64,000 bases of DNA, taken from the NCBI GenBank assembly GCA_023150895.1, contig JAKLJY010000035.1, positions 1,301 to 65,300 on the forward strand, in the 5' to 3' direction. A program made the translations under genes and the position numbers. The notes beneath the pieces were generated by a model. The model was not told the DNA's origin, did no database searches, and was given only the letters and a program-made list of their open reading frames with translations. Position 1 is the stretch's first letter; each line of letters starts with the position of its first letter. The stretch is from Myxococcota bacterium (GTDB taxonomy: Bacteria > Myxococcota_A > Bradymonadia > UBA7976 > UBA1532). This document shows positions 24,718-34,016 of this stretch, piece by piece.

Positions 24718-25416
24718 ATGCGTGTCGAGTGCTCCCACTGTCGCGAGCTCGTCGAGATCGCGGGCCTGAGCCCCGTCGTGGGCGGACTCGGGTTCGCGTG
24801 TCCGCGCTGCGGCGGCGTTTCTCTGCTCGCGCCGGTGGTCCCGGCGGCTCCGGCTCCGGTGGTCGCGCCTTCGCCCGCCGAGGCCCCGGCGGCCCCGGCG
24901 CCGGCCTCCGCGCTCCCGCCCGGGTTCTCGCCCTGTCCGAAGTGCGGCGCCCCGCATGCGGCAGACGTGCTGGCCTGTGCGCGCTGCGGGTTGGTCTTCG
25001 CCAAAGTCGCCTCGGGTCAGGCGAAGCTGCCGCCCCCGCCCGTGGTGGCCCCGGCGCTTCGCGGGCGCTGGGCGCAGCTCGCCGCGCGACTCGACGAGAC
25101 CGAGGCGCACTTCGCCTTCATCGAGGCATGCGGCGCCCAGAACGCCCTGGAGTTCGCCGGCCACTGCTACCGCACGTTGACCCCGCCCGGGCAGGCCGAA
25201 GATCCCCGCGTCGCCGTTTTCCGGGAGCGCGTCCTCCGGCAGGCCGCCGCCCGCGTTCAGCTCGTTTCGAGCCCGAGAGCGGCCGAGGCGGCCGCGGGGC
25301 GCCAGCGAACCCGCAGTCTGGTCGGCGCCCTCGTCGTCGCGTTCTTCATCGGGCTTTTCACGGTCGGCTACTGGTATTCGACGCGGCTCACGAACGCGAT
25401 GCAACTCGCCCCGTGA
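24718..25416 (+). CDS. zinc-ribbon membrane protein
   Basis: Four CxxC pairs (CSHC, CPRC, CPKC, CARC), Pro/Ala linker, C-terminal TM helix. Confidence 0.75.
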   Translation: MRVECSHCRELVEIAGLSPVVGGLGFACPRCGGVSLLAPVVPAAPAPVVAPSPAEAPAAPAPASALPPGFSPCPKCGAPHAADVLACARCGLVFAKVASGQAKLPPPPVVAPALRGRWAQLAARLDETEAHFAFIEACGAQNALEFAGHCYRTLTPPGQAEDPRVAVFRERVLRQAAARVQLVSSPRAAEAAAGRQRTRSLVGALVVAFFIGLFTVGYWYSTRLTNAMQLAP

Positions 25417-25455
25417 TTCTGGCCGGCGCGGTCGGGGAATGTTAGGACTCTCCCC

Positions 25456-25896
25456 GTGAACACGCCCCACGATCCCCAGAACCGCCTCCTGCGCTTCCGG
25501 CAGGCCCTCGACCAGCTCATCGAGGACCTCGTGCCCGGCCCGCAGGACTCGCTCGCCGGCAACGCGATCCCCATCTCGCTGGACGTCTACGTCCACCCGC
25601 ACCATGTGGAGGTCCTCGTCGACCTGCCCGGCGTCGGTCCGGAGAGCGTGGACGTCTCGGCGACGGGGCAGCTTCTGGTGGTCGAGGGCCAACGCCCCGG
25701 GCGCGCGCGCAGCCCGGGCCGAACCCTCTGCCTCGAGAGCCCCGTGGGTCGCTTCCGCCGGCGTCTCGAGTTGCCCGTGCCCGCCGACACCCGGCGCGCC
25801 GTGGCCTGTCTCGGCAACGGCGTCCTGCAGATCAGCGTGCCCCGCATCGAGGACCGGCGGGGCGGCGCCCACAAGATCCCGGTGATTCGCCCATGA
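25456..25896 (+). CDS. Hsp20/alpha-crystallin family protein
   Basis: DLPGV, GRFRRRLELP and A.LGNGVLQISVP motifs. Confidence 0.9.
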   Translation: MNTPHDPQNRLLRFRQALDQLIEDLVPGPQDSLAGNAIPISLDVYVHPHHVEVLVDLPGVGPESVDVSATGQLLVVEGQRPGRARSPGRTLCLESPVGRFRRRLELPVPADTRRAVACLGNGVLQISVPRIEDRRGGAHKIPVIRP

Positions 25897-28310
25897 GCCG
25901 CCCGGAAGGTGACGACGTCGAGATCCCCGACGAGATTCCCCTGCTCCCCATTCGGGACCTCGTCATTTTTCCGTTCATGATCGTGCCGTTGATCGTGACC
26001 CGCGAGGTCTCGGCCAACGCCATCGAGGAGGCGCTGGCGAGCGGCTCCGAGCGGCTCGTCTTTCTGGTGACCCAGAAGACGGCCGAGGACGAGGACCCCC
26101 GCCCCGAGGATCTTCACCCGGTCGGCTGCATCGGCATGATCATGCGCATGGCCAAGATGAACGACGGCCGCATCAAGGTTCTCGTTCAGGGACTCGTGAA
26201 GGCGCGGGTCAAGAAGTTCCTCCGCTCCGTGCCGTCGTTCTCCGTCGTACCCGAGCGCATCATCGACCAGGACCTGGGCGCTTCGACCAAACTGATGGCC
26301 GAGGCCGAGGCGCTGGTGCGTACTTCCAAGGACAACCTGGAGCGTTTCATCAACCTGGGGAAGACCGTCCCCCAGGAAGTGATGATGGTCGTTCAGCCCA
26401 TCGAGGAACCGGGACGCCTGGCCGATCTCGTCGCGAGCAACCTGAGCCTGAAGGTGGAGGAAGGTCAGGCCCTGCTCGAACTGACGCACCCGATCGAGCG
26501 TCTGGCGCGCGTCAACGGGTTTCTGGAGCGGGAGCTGGAGATCCTGAACCTTCAGCAGCGTATCCAGGACCAGGCGCGCCAGGAGATGTCGAAGACGCAG
26601 CGAGAGTATTACCTCCGCGAGCAGATGCGGGCCATCCGCTCCGAGCTCGGCGACGAGGACGCGCAGGGCGAGGAGCTCGACGAGCTGCGGATCAAGGTCG
26701 ACGACGCCCGGATGCCGGAGGCCGCGCTCAAGGAAGCGCAGCGGCAGCTTCGCCGACTCGGCAGCATGCACGCCGAGAGCAGCGAGGCCGCCGTGCTGCG
26801 CAACTATCTCGACTGGATGGTCGAGCTCCCCTGGGCCCGCCAGACGGAGGACGCCATCGACCTGCGACGCGCGCTCGAGATCCTCGACGAGGACCACTAC
26901 GGTCTCGAGAAGATCAAAGAGCGCGTCATCGAGCACCTCGCGGTCCGCAAGCTGAAGCGCGACATGCGCGGCCCGATTCTCTGTTTCGTCGGCCCGCCGG
27001 GCGTCGGCAAAACGAGCCTCGGCCGCAGCATCGCGCGGGCCATGAACCGCAAGTTCGCGCAGGCGAGCCTCGGTGGCCTGCGGGACGAAGCCGAGATTCG
27101 GGGGCACCGCCGCACCTACGTGGGCGCCATGCCCGGGCGCATCATCCAGGGTCTGAAGACGGCCGGCAGCCGCAACCCCGTGTTCATGCTCGACGAGCTC
27201 GACAAGCTCGGGGCCGACTTCCGCGGCGACCCCTCGTCCGCGCTTCTCGAGGTCCTCGATCCGGCCCAGAACAACCGCTTCGTGGACCTCTACCTGAACG
27301 TGCCGTTCGACCTCTCGAACGTGTTGTTCATCGCGACGGCCAACGTCGTCGATACGATCCCCGGCCCCCTGCGGGACCGCATGGAGCTCATCTTCCTCTC
27401 CGGGTACACCGAGGAGGAGAAGCTCGCGATCGCGTTGCGTCACGTCATGCCGCGCGCGATGGACGACCACGGGCTGACGAAGGCCCACCTGACGTTGCCG
27501 CCTTCGACCCTGCAACGCCTGATCGTCGACTACACGCGCGAGGCGGGTCTGCGCAACCTCGAGCGGCAGGTGGCGGCCCTCTGTCGCAAGGTCGCGCGCA
27601 AGGTCGCCGAGGGCAAGACGACGCGGACCGTGCTGTCCCCCGCCCGCCTGCCCGAGTTCCTCGGCCCGCCACGCCCCGCCGAGCACGCCCTGCCCGAACG
27701 GGACGAGGTCGGCGTCGTGACCGGGCTCGCGTGGACACAGGCCGGGGGCGACGTGCTCCAGGTCGAGGCGACGTTCATGCGCGGTCAGGGCAGTCTCAAG
27801 CTCACCGGGCAGCTCGGCGAAGTGATGAAAGAGAGCGCCCATGCGGCGCTGAGCTTCCTGCGCTCCCGCGCCGAGACGTACGGCATCGACCCCGAGTTCT
27901 TCAAAGACAACGAGATCCACGTGCACGTCCCCGCCGGCGCCATTCCGAAGGACGGCCCCTCGGCGGGCGTGACGCTCGCCACGGCCCTCGCTTCGATCGC
28001 GCGCCACGTCCCGGTGCGGGCCGACGTCGCCATGACCGGCGAGATCACCCTGCGTGGGCACGTGCTGGCGGTGGGCGGCATCAAGGAGAAGGTCCTCGCC
28101 GCCGATCGCGCCGGCATCCGCACCGTGCTCCTGCCGGCCGCCAACGAGGCCGACCTCGCCGAGCTGCCCCCCCACGTGCGGCGGCGTTTGCGCATCGTCC
28201 ACTGCCGGACCGTGGACGACGTCTTCCGCGAGGCGCTCGGTCTCGAACCGGGCGTCGGGCCAGCGGCGGTCGAGAGCCGAACCGCGGCCGACGCCGCCGC
28301 CCGCTGCTGA
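25893..28310 (+). CDS. lon: ATP-dependent Lon protease
   Basis: LON N-domain PLLPIRD, Walker A GPPGVGKTS, RRTYVGAMPG, catalytic PKDGPSAG, GGIKEK. Confidence 0.97.
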   Translation: MSRPEGDDVEIPDEIPLLPIRDLVIFPFMIVPLIVTREVSANAIEEALASGSERLVFLVTQKTAEDEDPRPEDLHPVGCIGMIMRMAKMNDGRIKVLVQGLVKARVKKFLRSVPSFSVVPERIIDQDLGASTKLMAEAEALVRTSKDNLERFINLGKTVPQEVMMVVQPIEEPGRLADLVASNLSLKVEEGQALLELTHPIERLARVNGFLERELEILNLQQRIQDQARQEMSKTQREYYLREQMRAIRSELGDEDAQGEELDELRIKVDDARMPEAALKEAQRQLRRLGSMHAESSEAAVLRNYLDWMVELPWARQTEDAIDLRRALEILDEDHYGLEKIKERVIEHLAVRKLKRDMRGPILCFVGPPGVGKTSLGRSIARAMNRKFAQASLGGLRDEAEIRGHRRTYVGAMPGRIIQGLKTAGSRNPVFMLDELDKLGADFRGDPSSALLEVLDPAQNNRFVDLYLNVPFDLSNVLFIATANVVDTIPGPLRDRMELIFLSGYTEEEKLAIALRHVMPRAMDDHGLTKAHLTLPPSTLQRLIVDYTREAGLRNLERQVAALCRKVARKVAEGKTTRTVLSPARLPEFLGPPRPAEHALPERDEVGVVTGLAWTQAGGDVLQVEATFMRGQGSLKLTGQLGEVMKESAHAALSFLRSRAETYGIDPEFFKDNEIHVHVPAGAIPKDGPSAGVTLATALASIARHVPVRADVAMTGEITLRGHVLAVGGIKEKVLAADRAGIRTVLLPAANEADLAELPPHVRRRLRIVHCRTVDDVFREALGLEPGVGPAAVESRTAADAAARC

Positions 28311-28324
28311 CCGGGGTCCGCGCC

Positions 28325-29005
28325 ATGGTGCAGTTCAACCTTCAGCAGCGCGAGTTGACCCTCAAAGTCGTCTACTACGGCCCTGCGCTGAGCGGCAAGA
28401 CGACCAACCTGCAGGCGATCCATCAGATGGTGCCGATGGGCGTCGCCGGCCGCCTGATGACCCTCGAGACGCGGGACGACCGCACGCTCTTTTTCGACCT
28501 CCTGCCCGTGACGTTCCGGACGCGCAGCGGGTATCGAGTCAAACTCAAGCTCTTCACCGTGCCCGGGCAGGTCATTCACGACAGCACCCGCAAGGTGGTG
28601 CTCAACGGTGCAGACGGCGTCGCTTTCATCGCCGACAGCCAGCTCTCGGAGAGTCAGGCCAACAAGGAGGCCTTCCGGAACCTCCGCGAGAACCTCGCGG
28701 CCAACGGCCTCGACGTCGACGCGCTGCCCGTGGTCATTCAGTTCAACAAGCGCGACTTGCCCGAGATTCGCTCCGAGGAAGAACTCCGCGCCCTCGAGTC
28801 CCGGCGGGCGACCCCCGTCTATCGCGCCGTCGCCATCTCCGGTCAGGGCGTCATGGAGACGCTTCAAGGTCTGGTGAGCCTCGTCTGGGATGCGCTCGAA
28901 CGCAACTACGACATCGGCGGCAAACTCCAGGTCGACCGGGCGGAGTTTCTGTCCCAGCTCTTCAAAGACTGGAATCCGGCACGGGTCCGAGGAGGCATGT
29001 CGTGA
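28325..29005 (+). CDS. MglA/SofG-family small Ras-like GTPase
   Basis: KVVYYGPALSGKTTN, RTLFFD, TVPGQ and NKRD motifs; no adjacent mglB. Confidence 0.9.
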   Translation: MVQFNLQQRELTLKVVYYGPALSGKTTNLQAIHQMVPMGVAGRLMTLETRDDRTLFFDLLPVTFRTRSGYRVKLKLFTVPGQVIHDSTRKVVLNGADGVAFIADSQLSESQANKEAFRNLRENLAANGLDVDALPVVIQFNKRDLPEIRSEEELRALESRRATPVYRAVAISGQGVMETLQGLVSLVWDALERNYDIGGKLQVDRAEFLSQLFKDWNPARVRGGMS

Positions 29006-30441
29006 ATCCACTCGACGGCGAACGGCCCGTTTCGGTCCTCGATCGCCCCGTCCTGCTCGCCGAGATCTTCGATCCGGAGCTCTTCGAAGAGCTGTGCCGA
29101 ACCTACGTCGACCTGTATCGGGTCGGCATCAAGGTGTTCGATGCGGGCCACAACAAGATCGTCGATGCCCCCTTCGGCGCCGGACTCGGCACCTATCTGT
29201 TCCATTTCACCGAGCCGAAACGCCGCCAGACCACCTTGGTGTCCGAACTGAAAGCCGTGGACCTCGACCTCGGCGACTGGCGGACCAAAGACGACGATTG
29301 CACGGGCACGCGCTATCTGATGGCGCCGATCGTGTATGAAGCCGACGTTCTCGGCAAAATCGTGGTGGGTCCCTACGTCCCCGCGAATGCAGCCGTCCAG
29401 CACAGACCCGAACAGCCCTGGTTCGAGGACATCGATGCGGCTCGATTCGATCGACTCCGGGACGAACTGCGCCGGGTCAACGACTCGACGCTGCGCAAGA
29501 TCATCGAGAGCATGCTCAAGGCCATCGATGTGGTCTGCCACTCGGGCTACAAGGCGCTTCTGACGTCGAACATGCACCTCGAGTCGATCACCAGCTCCTA
29601 CGACGCCCTGCAGGAGAAGCACCGGCAACTCGAGGAGAAGAACCGCCAGCTCGAAGAGACGAACGAGCGTCTGCGCGAGCTCGACAAGCTCAAGAGCAAC
29701 TTCCTGGCCACGGTCAGCCACGAGCTCCGCACGCCGCTGACGTCGGTGATCGGGTACAGCGAGATGCTCCTCGAAGGCCTGGCCGGGCCGCTGCGTGAAG
29801 AGCAACGCGAGTACGTCGGCACGATCATGGAGAAGGGCGAGAGCCTGCTCCATCTGATCAGCGGCATCCTGGACATCTCCAAGATCGAAAAAGGCGTCCA
29901 GGAGATCGTGCGGCAGCGGGTACGACCCGAGACCCTGGTCGAATCGGCCGTCTCGACGGTGCGACCGCAGGCGCAGAAGAAGGACCTTCAGCTCGAGATC
30001 GACGCGCCGCCCGGTCTGCCGGACATCCACGTCGACGTCTACAAAGTGCGGCAGGTGCTCATCAACCTGCTCGGCAACGCGGTGAAGTTCACGGGCAAGG
30101 GCGGACTCGTCACGGTGCGCGCCCGGGCGGCGGGGGCCTTCGCCGCGAGCCTGGAGTCGGTCCGGTTCGAGGTCGTCGACGACGGCATCGGCATCCCGGA
30201 GGACAAGCTCGACCGCATCTTCGACGTCTTCTTCCAGGTGGACAACACTTCCACCCGCGAATATGGTGGCACCGGACTTGGACTCGCGATCGTGAAGAAT
30301 TTCGTGGAATCCCACGGGGGAGAAGTGGCCGTCGTCAGTCGCCTCGGTGAGGGCTCGACGTTCTCCTTCACGTTGCCCGCCGGCAGCAGTTCGAACGCCA
30401 CTCCATTGCCCTCCGTCCCCGAAGGCCGCCCGCGTGACTGA
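29002..30441 (+). CDS. cytoplasmic histidine kinase with a PocR-like sensor domain
   Basis: H-box FLATVSHELRTP, N-box NLLGNAVKF, DDGIGI, GGTGLGL. The N-terminal C.....MAPI.....LG.IVVG segment is PocR-like; no TM helix. Confidence 0.88.
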   Translation: MNPLDGERPVSVLDRPVLLAEIFDPELFEELCRTYVDLYRVGIKVFDAGHNKIVDAPFGAGLGTYLFHFTEPKRRQTTLVSELKAVDLDLGDWRTKDDDCTGTRYLMAPIVYEADVLGKIVVGPYVPANAAVQHRPEQPWFEDIDAARFDRLRDELRRVNDSTLRKIIESMLKAIDVVCHSGYKALLTSNMHLESITSSYDALQEKHRQLEEKNRQLEETNERLRELDKLKSNFLATVSHELRTPLTSVIGYSEMLLEGLAGPLREEQREYVGTIMEKGESLLHLISGILDISKIEKGVQEIVRQRVRPETLVESAVSTVRPQAQKKDLQLEIDAPPGLPDIHVDVYKVRQVLINLLGNAVKFTGKGGLVTVRARAAGAFAASLESVRFEVVDDGIGIPEDKLDRIFDVFFQVDNTSTREYGGTGLGLAIVKNFVESHGGEVAVVSRLGEGSTFSFTLPAGSSSNATPLPSVPEGRPRD

Positions 30442-30808
30442 ACGCCGACTCCTCATCGTCGAAGACGACGAGGCCATCCGCAAGCTCGAGGCCGCCATCC
30501 TCACCGACGCCGGCTACGCCTTCGATACCGTGACGAACGGCGAGGACGCCCTCGTCGCCCTTCGCCGGACGCGTTACGCCGCGGTCCTGCTCGACGTCGG
30601 GCTGCCGGACACCGACGGGTTTCAGCTCGCCGATCGCATCCGACGGGATCCCGCGCTCGGCAGCCCCTACGTGATCTACCTGACCGCCAAGGCGGATGTT
30701 CAGAGCGTACACACGGGCTTCACCACGGGCGGCGTGTTCTACCTCACCAAACCCTTCACTCGGGCCAAGCTGCTGGACGTCGTCAAGGCCGTGGCCGAAA
30801 TGGGCTGA
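30434..30808 (+). CDS. single-domain response regulator
   Basis: IVEDD, LLD, YLTA and TKPF receiver motifs. Confidence 0.9.
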   Translation: MTERRLLIVEDDEAIRKLEAAILTDAGYAFDTVTNGEDALVALRRTRYAAVLLDVGLPDTDGFQLADRIRRDPALGSPYVIYLTAKADVQSVHTGFTTGGVFYLTKPFTRAKLLDVVKAVAEMG

Positions 30809-31738
30809 ATGCCGGACGACCCCCTGCCGGACGAACACCGCCTCCTCGCGATCATCGGGGCCGCCCTGGCCCGAGCGGGTCGCCCGGCGGACCTGACGGA
30901 CGATTGCGCCGCCCTCGCCGGTCAGACCGCGCTCGTCACGACCGACACGCTCGTCGAGGGCGTGCACTTCGACCTCGCGCTCGACACACCGGCACAGGTC
31001 GGTGTGCAGGCCGCCGTGCAGAATCTGAGCGATCTTGCGGCCTCCGGCGGTTCGGCGGGTTGGCTGGTCTGGTCCCTCTGCCTCGGGCCCGCCCATCGCA
31101 CCGAGGCCTTCGTCGCCGGGCTGACGGACGGCTTCGCAACCACCGCCGCCCGTTTTGGCGCGTCGGTCGTCGGCGGCAATCTGAGCCGCACGCCCGGTCC
31201 TCTCGTCGTGGCGGTCACGGCCGGCGGCCCGCTGGCCGGCGCCAGGCCCCTGACCCGCGCCGGCGCTCGGCCGGGACACGGCGTCTACGTGACCGGCCCG
31301 CTCGGCGACGCCGCGCTCGGGGTCGAGGACGCCCGGGCACGCGCGGCCCGGCACGCCTGGCGCCCGCACCTCGCCGAAGCGGCCCGCCTGGCCGTCACCC
31401 CCGGGGTGGGCGCCTGTATGGACGTGTCGGACGGTCTGCTGCTCGACGCCGGCCGACTCGCCGCGGCGAGCGGAGTCACGCTGGCCCTGACGGCGGCCGC
31501 CGTCCCCGTCGGCCCGGCCTGTGGGGCCCTCGGCGATCCGGCCCGCGCGCGGCGGCTCGCGCTGACGGGCGGCGAGGACTACGTGCTCCTGTTCACCGCC
31601 GAAGCCCCCCCCGCGGACCTCGTCGCGCACCGCATCGGCACGGTCGCCGACGGGCCTGCGCAGGTCCTCGTGGACGGGGCCGTGCCGGCCGGCGCCCGGG
31701 GGTTCGACCATTTCGCCCCCCTGGAGTCGGCCCGATGA
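30809..31738 (+). CDS. thiL: thiamine-monophosphate kinase
   Basis: DDCA, TTDTLVEGVHF, NLSDLAA, MDVSDGL, GGEDY.LLFT and GFDHF motifs. Confidence 0.93.
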   Translation: MPDDPLPDEHRLLAIIGAALARAGRPADLTDDCAALAGQTALVTTDTLVEGVHFDLALDTPAQVGVQAAVQNLSDLAASGGSAGWLVWSLCLGPAHRTEAFVAGLTDGFATTAARFGASVVGGNLSRTPGPLVVAVTAGGPLAGARPLTRAGARPGHGVYVTGPLGDAALGVEDARARAARHAWRPHLAEAARLAVTPGVGACMDVSDGLLLDAGRLAAASGVTLALTAAAVPVGPACGALGDPARARRLALTGGEDYVLLFTAEAPPADLVAHRIGTVADGPAQVLVDGAVPAGARGFDHFAPLESAR

Positions 31739-32778
31739 CGGCCGGCGAGGTGCTCGCGCCGCTCGGCCTCGCCCTGGCCGTCGCGTTCATCGCCGCGTGC
31801 GCGGGCGCCTACTTCGGGCTCGACCGCGTCTCCCGGGCCCGGCTCGAGCACGCCGCCGAGGAAGACCCGGCGAGCGCGGCCTTGGGTGATCTCCTCAAGT
31901 CGCCCCGCACGCTGCGAGGGGCGCTGGACTTCCTGGGGGACCTCGCCCGAATCTCGCTGGCGGTCACGGTCGGCGCGTCGTTCATCGGCCTCGTCGACGT
32001 CGATGCCGCCGGGGCCGGTGGTCGCCTGGCGATGCTCGCCGCCGGCGTCTTCGTGGCGGCGTTCTACGTCGCGGAGCTGACGCCGCGGACGCTCGCCGCC
32101 CGCAATGCCGAAGACGTGACACGGGTCCTCGGTGGCCCGCTGAAGACGCTGCTTCGCCTGACGTCTCCGGTGCGGGCCCTCGCCGCGCGCCTCATGCCAC
32201 GGCCGACCTCGACGGGCGACGCGTCGACGGGTACGGAGGGCACGCCCGCCATCGACGAGGAAGAATTCCGCGAGCTCGTCGACGAGAGCACCGAGGCCGG
32301 CGTCGTTCAGGCCCAGGAGCAGGCGCTGATTCACAAGATTCTCGACTTTGGCGACCGCCGCGTTCGGGAGCTGATGACGCCCTTCGATCGCGTCTTCAGC
32401 GTCGCCGAGGACACCCCCGTTTCGCCGGCCGCCGAGGCCGTCGCGGAACGCAAGTACAGCCGGATTCCGGTCTTTCGCAAGGATCCGCGACGCATCGTCG
32501 GGGTGGTCTACGCCAAGGACCTCCTGGCCATCCGGTGGGGTGTCGCGTCGGCGAAACCCCTGAAGGTCCTGTTGCGGCGCCCGCTCTTCGTCGTCCCCCA
32601 GATGCGCGCGCAAACGCTCCTCGAGAGCTTTCGCCGGCACCGACTGCACATGGCCATCGTGGTCGATGAGCACGGCGCCGCCGTGGGCGTCTGCACGATG
32701 GAGGATCTCCTCGAGGAGCTCGTCGGGCCGATCACCGACGTCGCCGCCGAGCGCAAGGGCGACGAGAGCGGGCCGTGA
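31735..32778 (+). CDS. CNNM/CorB (hemolysin TlyC-like) CBS-domain protein, short form
   Basis: DUF21-like TM region, VRELMTP, YSRIPV, AIVVDEHG, TMEDLLEELVGPI; lacks the C-terminal CorC domain. Confidence 0.85.
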   Translation: MTAGEVLAPLGLALAVAFIAACAGAYFGLDRVSRARLEHAAEEDPASAALGDLLKSPRTLRGALDFLGDLARISLAVTVGASFIGLVDVDAAGAGGRLAMLAAGVFVAAFYVAELTPRTLAARNAEDVTRVLGGPLKTLLRLTSPVRALAARLMPRPTSTGDASTGTEGTPAIDEEEFRELVDESTEAGVVQAQEQALIHKILDFGDRRVRELMTPFDRVFSVAEDTPVSPAAEAVAERKYSRIPVFRKDPRRIVGVVYAKDLLAIRWGVASAKPLKVLLRRPLFVVPQMRAQTLLESFRRHRLHMAIVVDEHGAAVGVCTMEDLLEELVGPITDVAAERKGDESGP

Positions 32779-34016
32779 CCGAGTCCCAGATCTTCTTTGC
32801 ACTGGCCGCAGCCGCCGCGCTCGGCTTGCGGCTCTTGGTGGCCGTGGCGGAGCAGGCGATCCGGTTCAGCGATCCGGAGACCCTCGACGCGCTCGCCCGC
32901 CGGGGCGTTCGAGGGGCAGAGCGCGCGCACTGGTTCGCCACCCGGCCCGACCAGCTCTGGACGACGACGCGGTTGCTCGGTCGCGCGTCGCTCCTCACGG
33001 CGGGCTTGTTGCTGACCGTCGCACTTCCCCACCCGGCGATGGCCCTGCTCGTGCTCGTGCCCTTCGTCTTCGGCACCGCCGAACTCCTGCCCCGGTTCCT
33101 GCTCACCCGCCGCGCCGAGCGCATCGCGCCCCGCCTCGCGACGCCACTGATGGCCTTGTTTCACGTGCTGCGGCCCCTCGTGATGCTGACCAACGGGCTC
33201 GCCCGCCTGCTCGGCCGCCCCGACGAGGACGACCGACCGGCGGCCTCCCGCGAGGACCTCCAGCGCCTCGTCGACCAGGACAGCGGCGAGAGCGACATGG
33301 CCGTCGGCGAGCGCGCGATGATCGCCCGCATCTTCGAGTTCAGCCACCTGACGGCCGCGGACAGCATGGTGCCGTTGAAGGAGATGTGCGCGCTCTCTGC
33401 GGACGCCACGGTTCGCGACGCCGTCGCCCTGATTGCACGCGAGGGGTACTCCCGCCTGCCCGTCTACCGCGATCGCCTGGAGAACATCGTCGGCGTGCTC
33501 CACCACATCGACCTGCTGCGGGCCGCCGCGGCCGAGCAGCCGGTCGGCGCCGTGATGCGCCCGCCCCTCTTCGTCCCGGAGACGCAGGAGATCGACGACA
33601 TCCTGGTCATCCTCCAGCGACGCGCGGCCTCGGCCGCCATCGTCGTCGACGAGTTCGGCAAGACCGTCGGACTCCTGACCCTCGAGGACATCCTCGAGGA
33701 GATCGTCGGTGAGATCGACGACGAGTTCGACCCCAACGAGCGACTCTGGCGCCCGGCGCCCGGCGGTGGCTCGCTCATTTCGGCGCGGATGAGCCCGTCG
33801 GAATTCGAGCGCATCTTCCACGTCGACCTCGATCTCGACGAAGAGGACGAAATCGAAACGATGGCCGGCTACGTCCTCGTCGAGCTCAAGCACATCCCCG
33901 CGGTCGGTGAGTTCGTCACGCTCGCCGGGGGCGCGACGCTGACCGTGAGCCGTGCGACCGAGCGCGCGATCGAGGAGCTGCATCTCACGGGCGCGCCCCG
34001 CGCCAAGGACGCCTGA
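32775..34016 (+). CDS. CNNM/CorB (hemolysin TlyC-like) CBS-domain protein
   Basis: YSRLPVY, AIVVDEFG, TLEDILEEIVGEI.DEFD, followed by a CorC-like domain. Confidence 0.9.
   Translation: MTESQIFFALAAAAALGLRLLVAVAEQAIRFSDPETLDALARRGVRGAERAHWFATRPDQLWTTTRLLGRASLLTAGLLLTVALPHPAMALLVLVPFVFGTAELLPRFLLTRRAERIAPRLATPLMALFHVLRPLVMLTNGLARLLGRPDEDDRPAASREDLQRLVDQDSGESDMAVGERAMIARIFEFSHLTAADSMVPLKEMCALSADATVRDAVALIAREGYSRLPVYRDRLENIVGVLHHIDLLRAAAAEQPVGAVMRPPLFVPETQEIDDILVILQRRAASAAIVVDEFGKTVGLLTLEDILEEIVGEIDDEFDPNERLWRPAPGGGSLISARMSPSEFERIFHVDLDLDEEDEIETMAGYVLVELKHIPAVGEFVTLAGGATLTVSRATERAIEELHLTGAPRAKDA

Noticed and set aside
25442-25450. CIRCE upstream of hsp20
   Set aside because: TTAGGACTC matches the left arm with one mismatch, but there is no right arm after 9 nt.
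31735-34016. Tandem 'hemolysin' genes as toxins
   Set aside because: These are CNNM/CorB-type Mg2+ transport proteins; tandem pairs are common.
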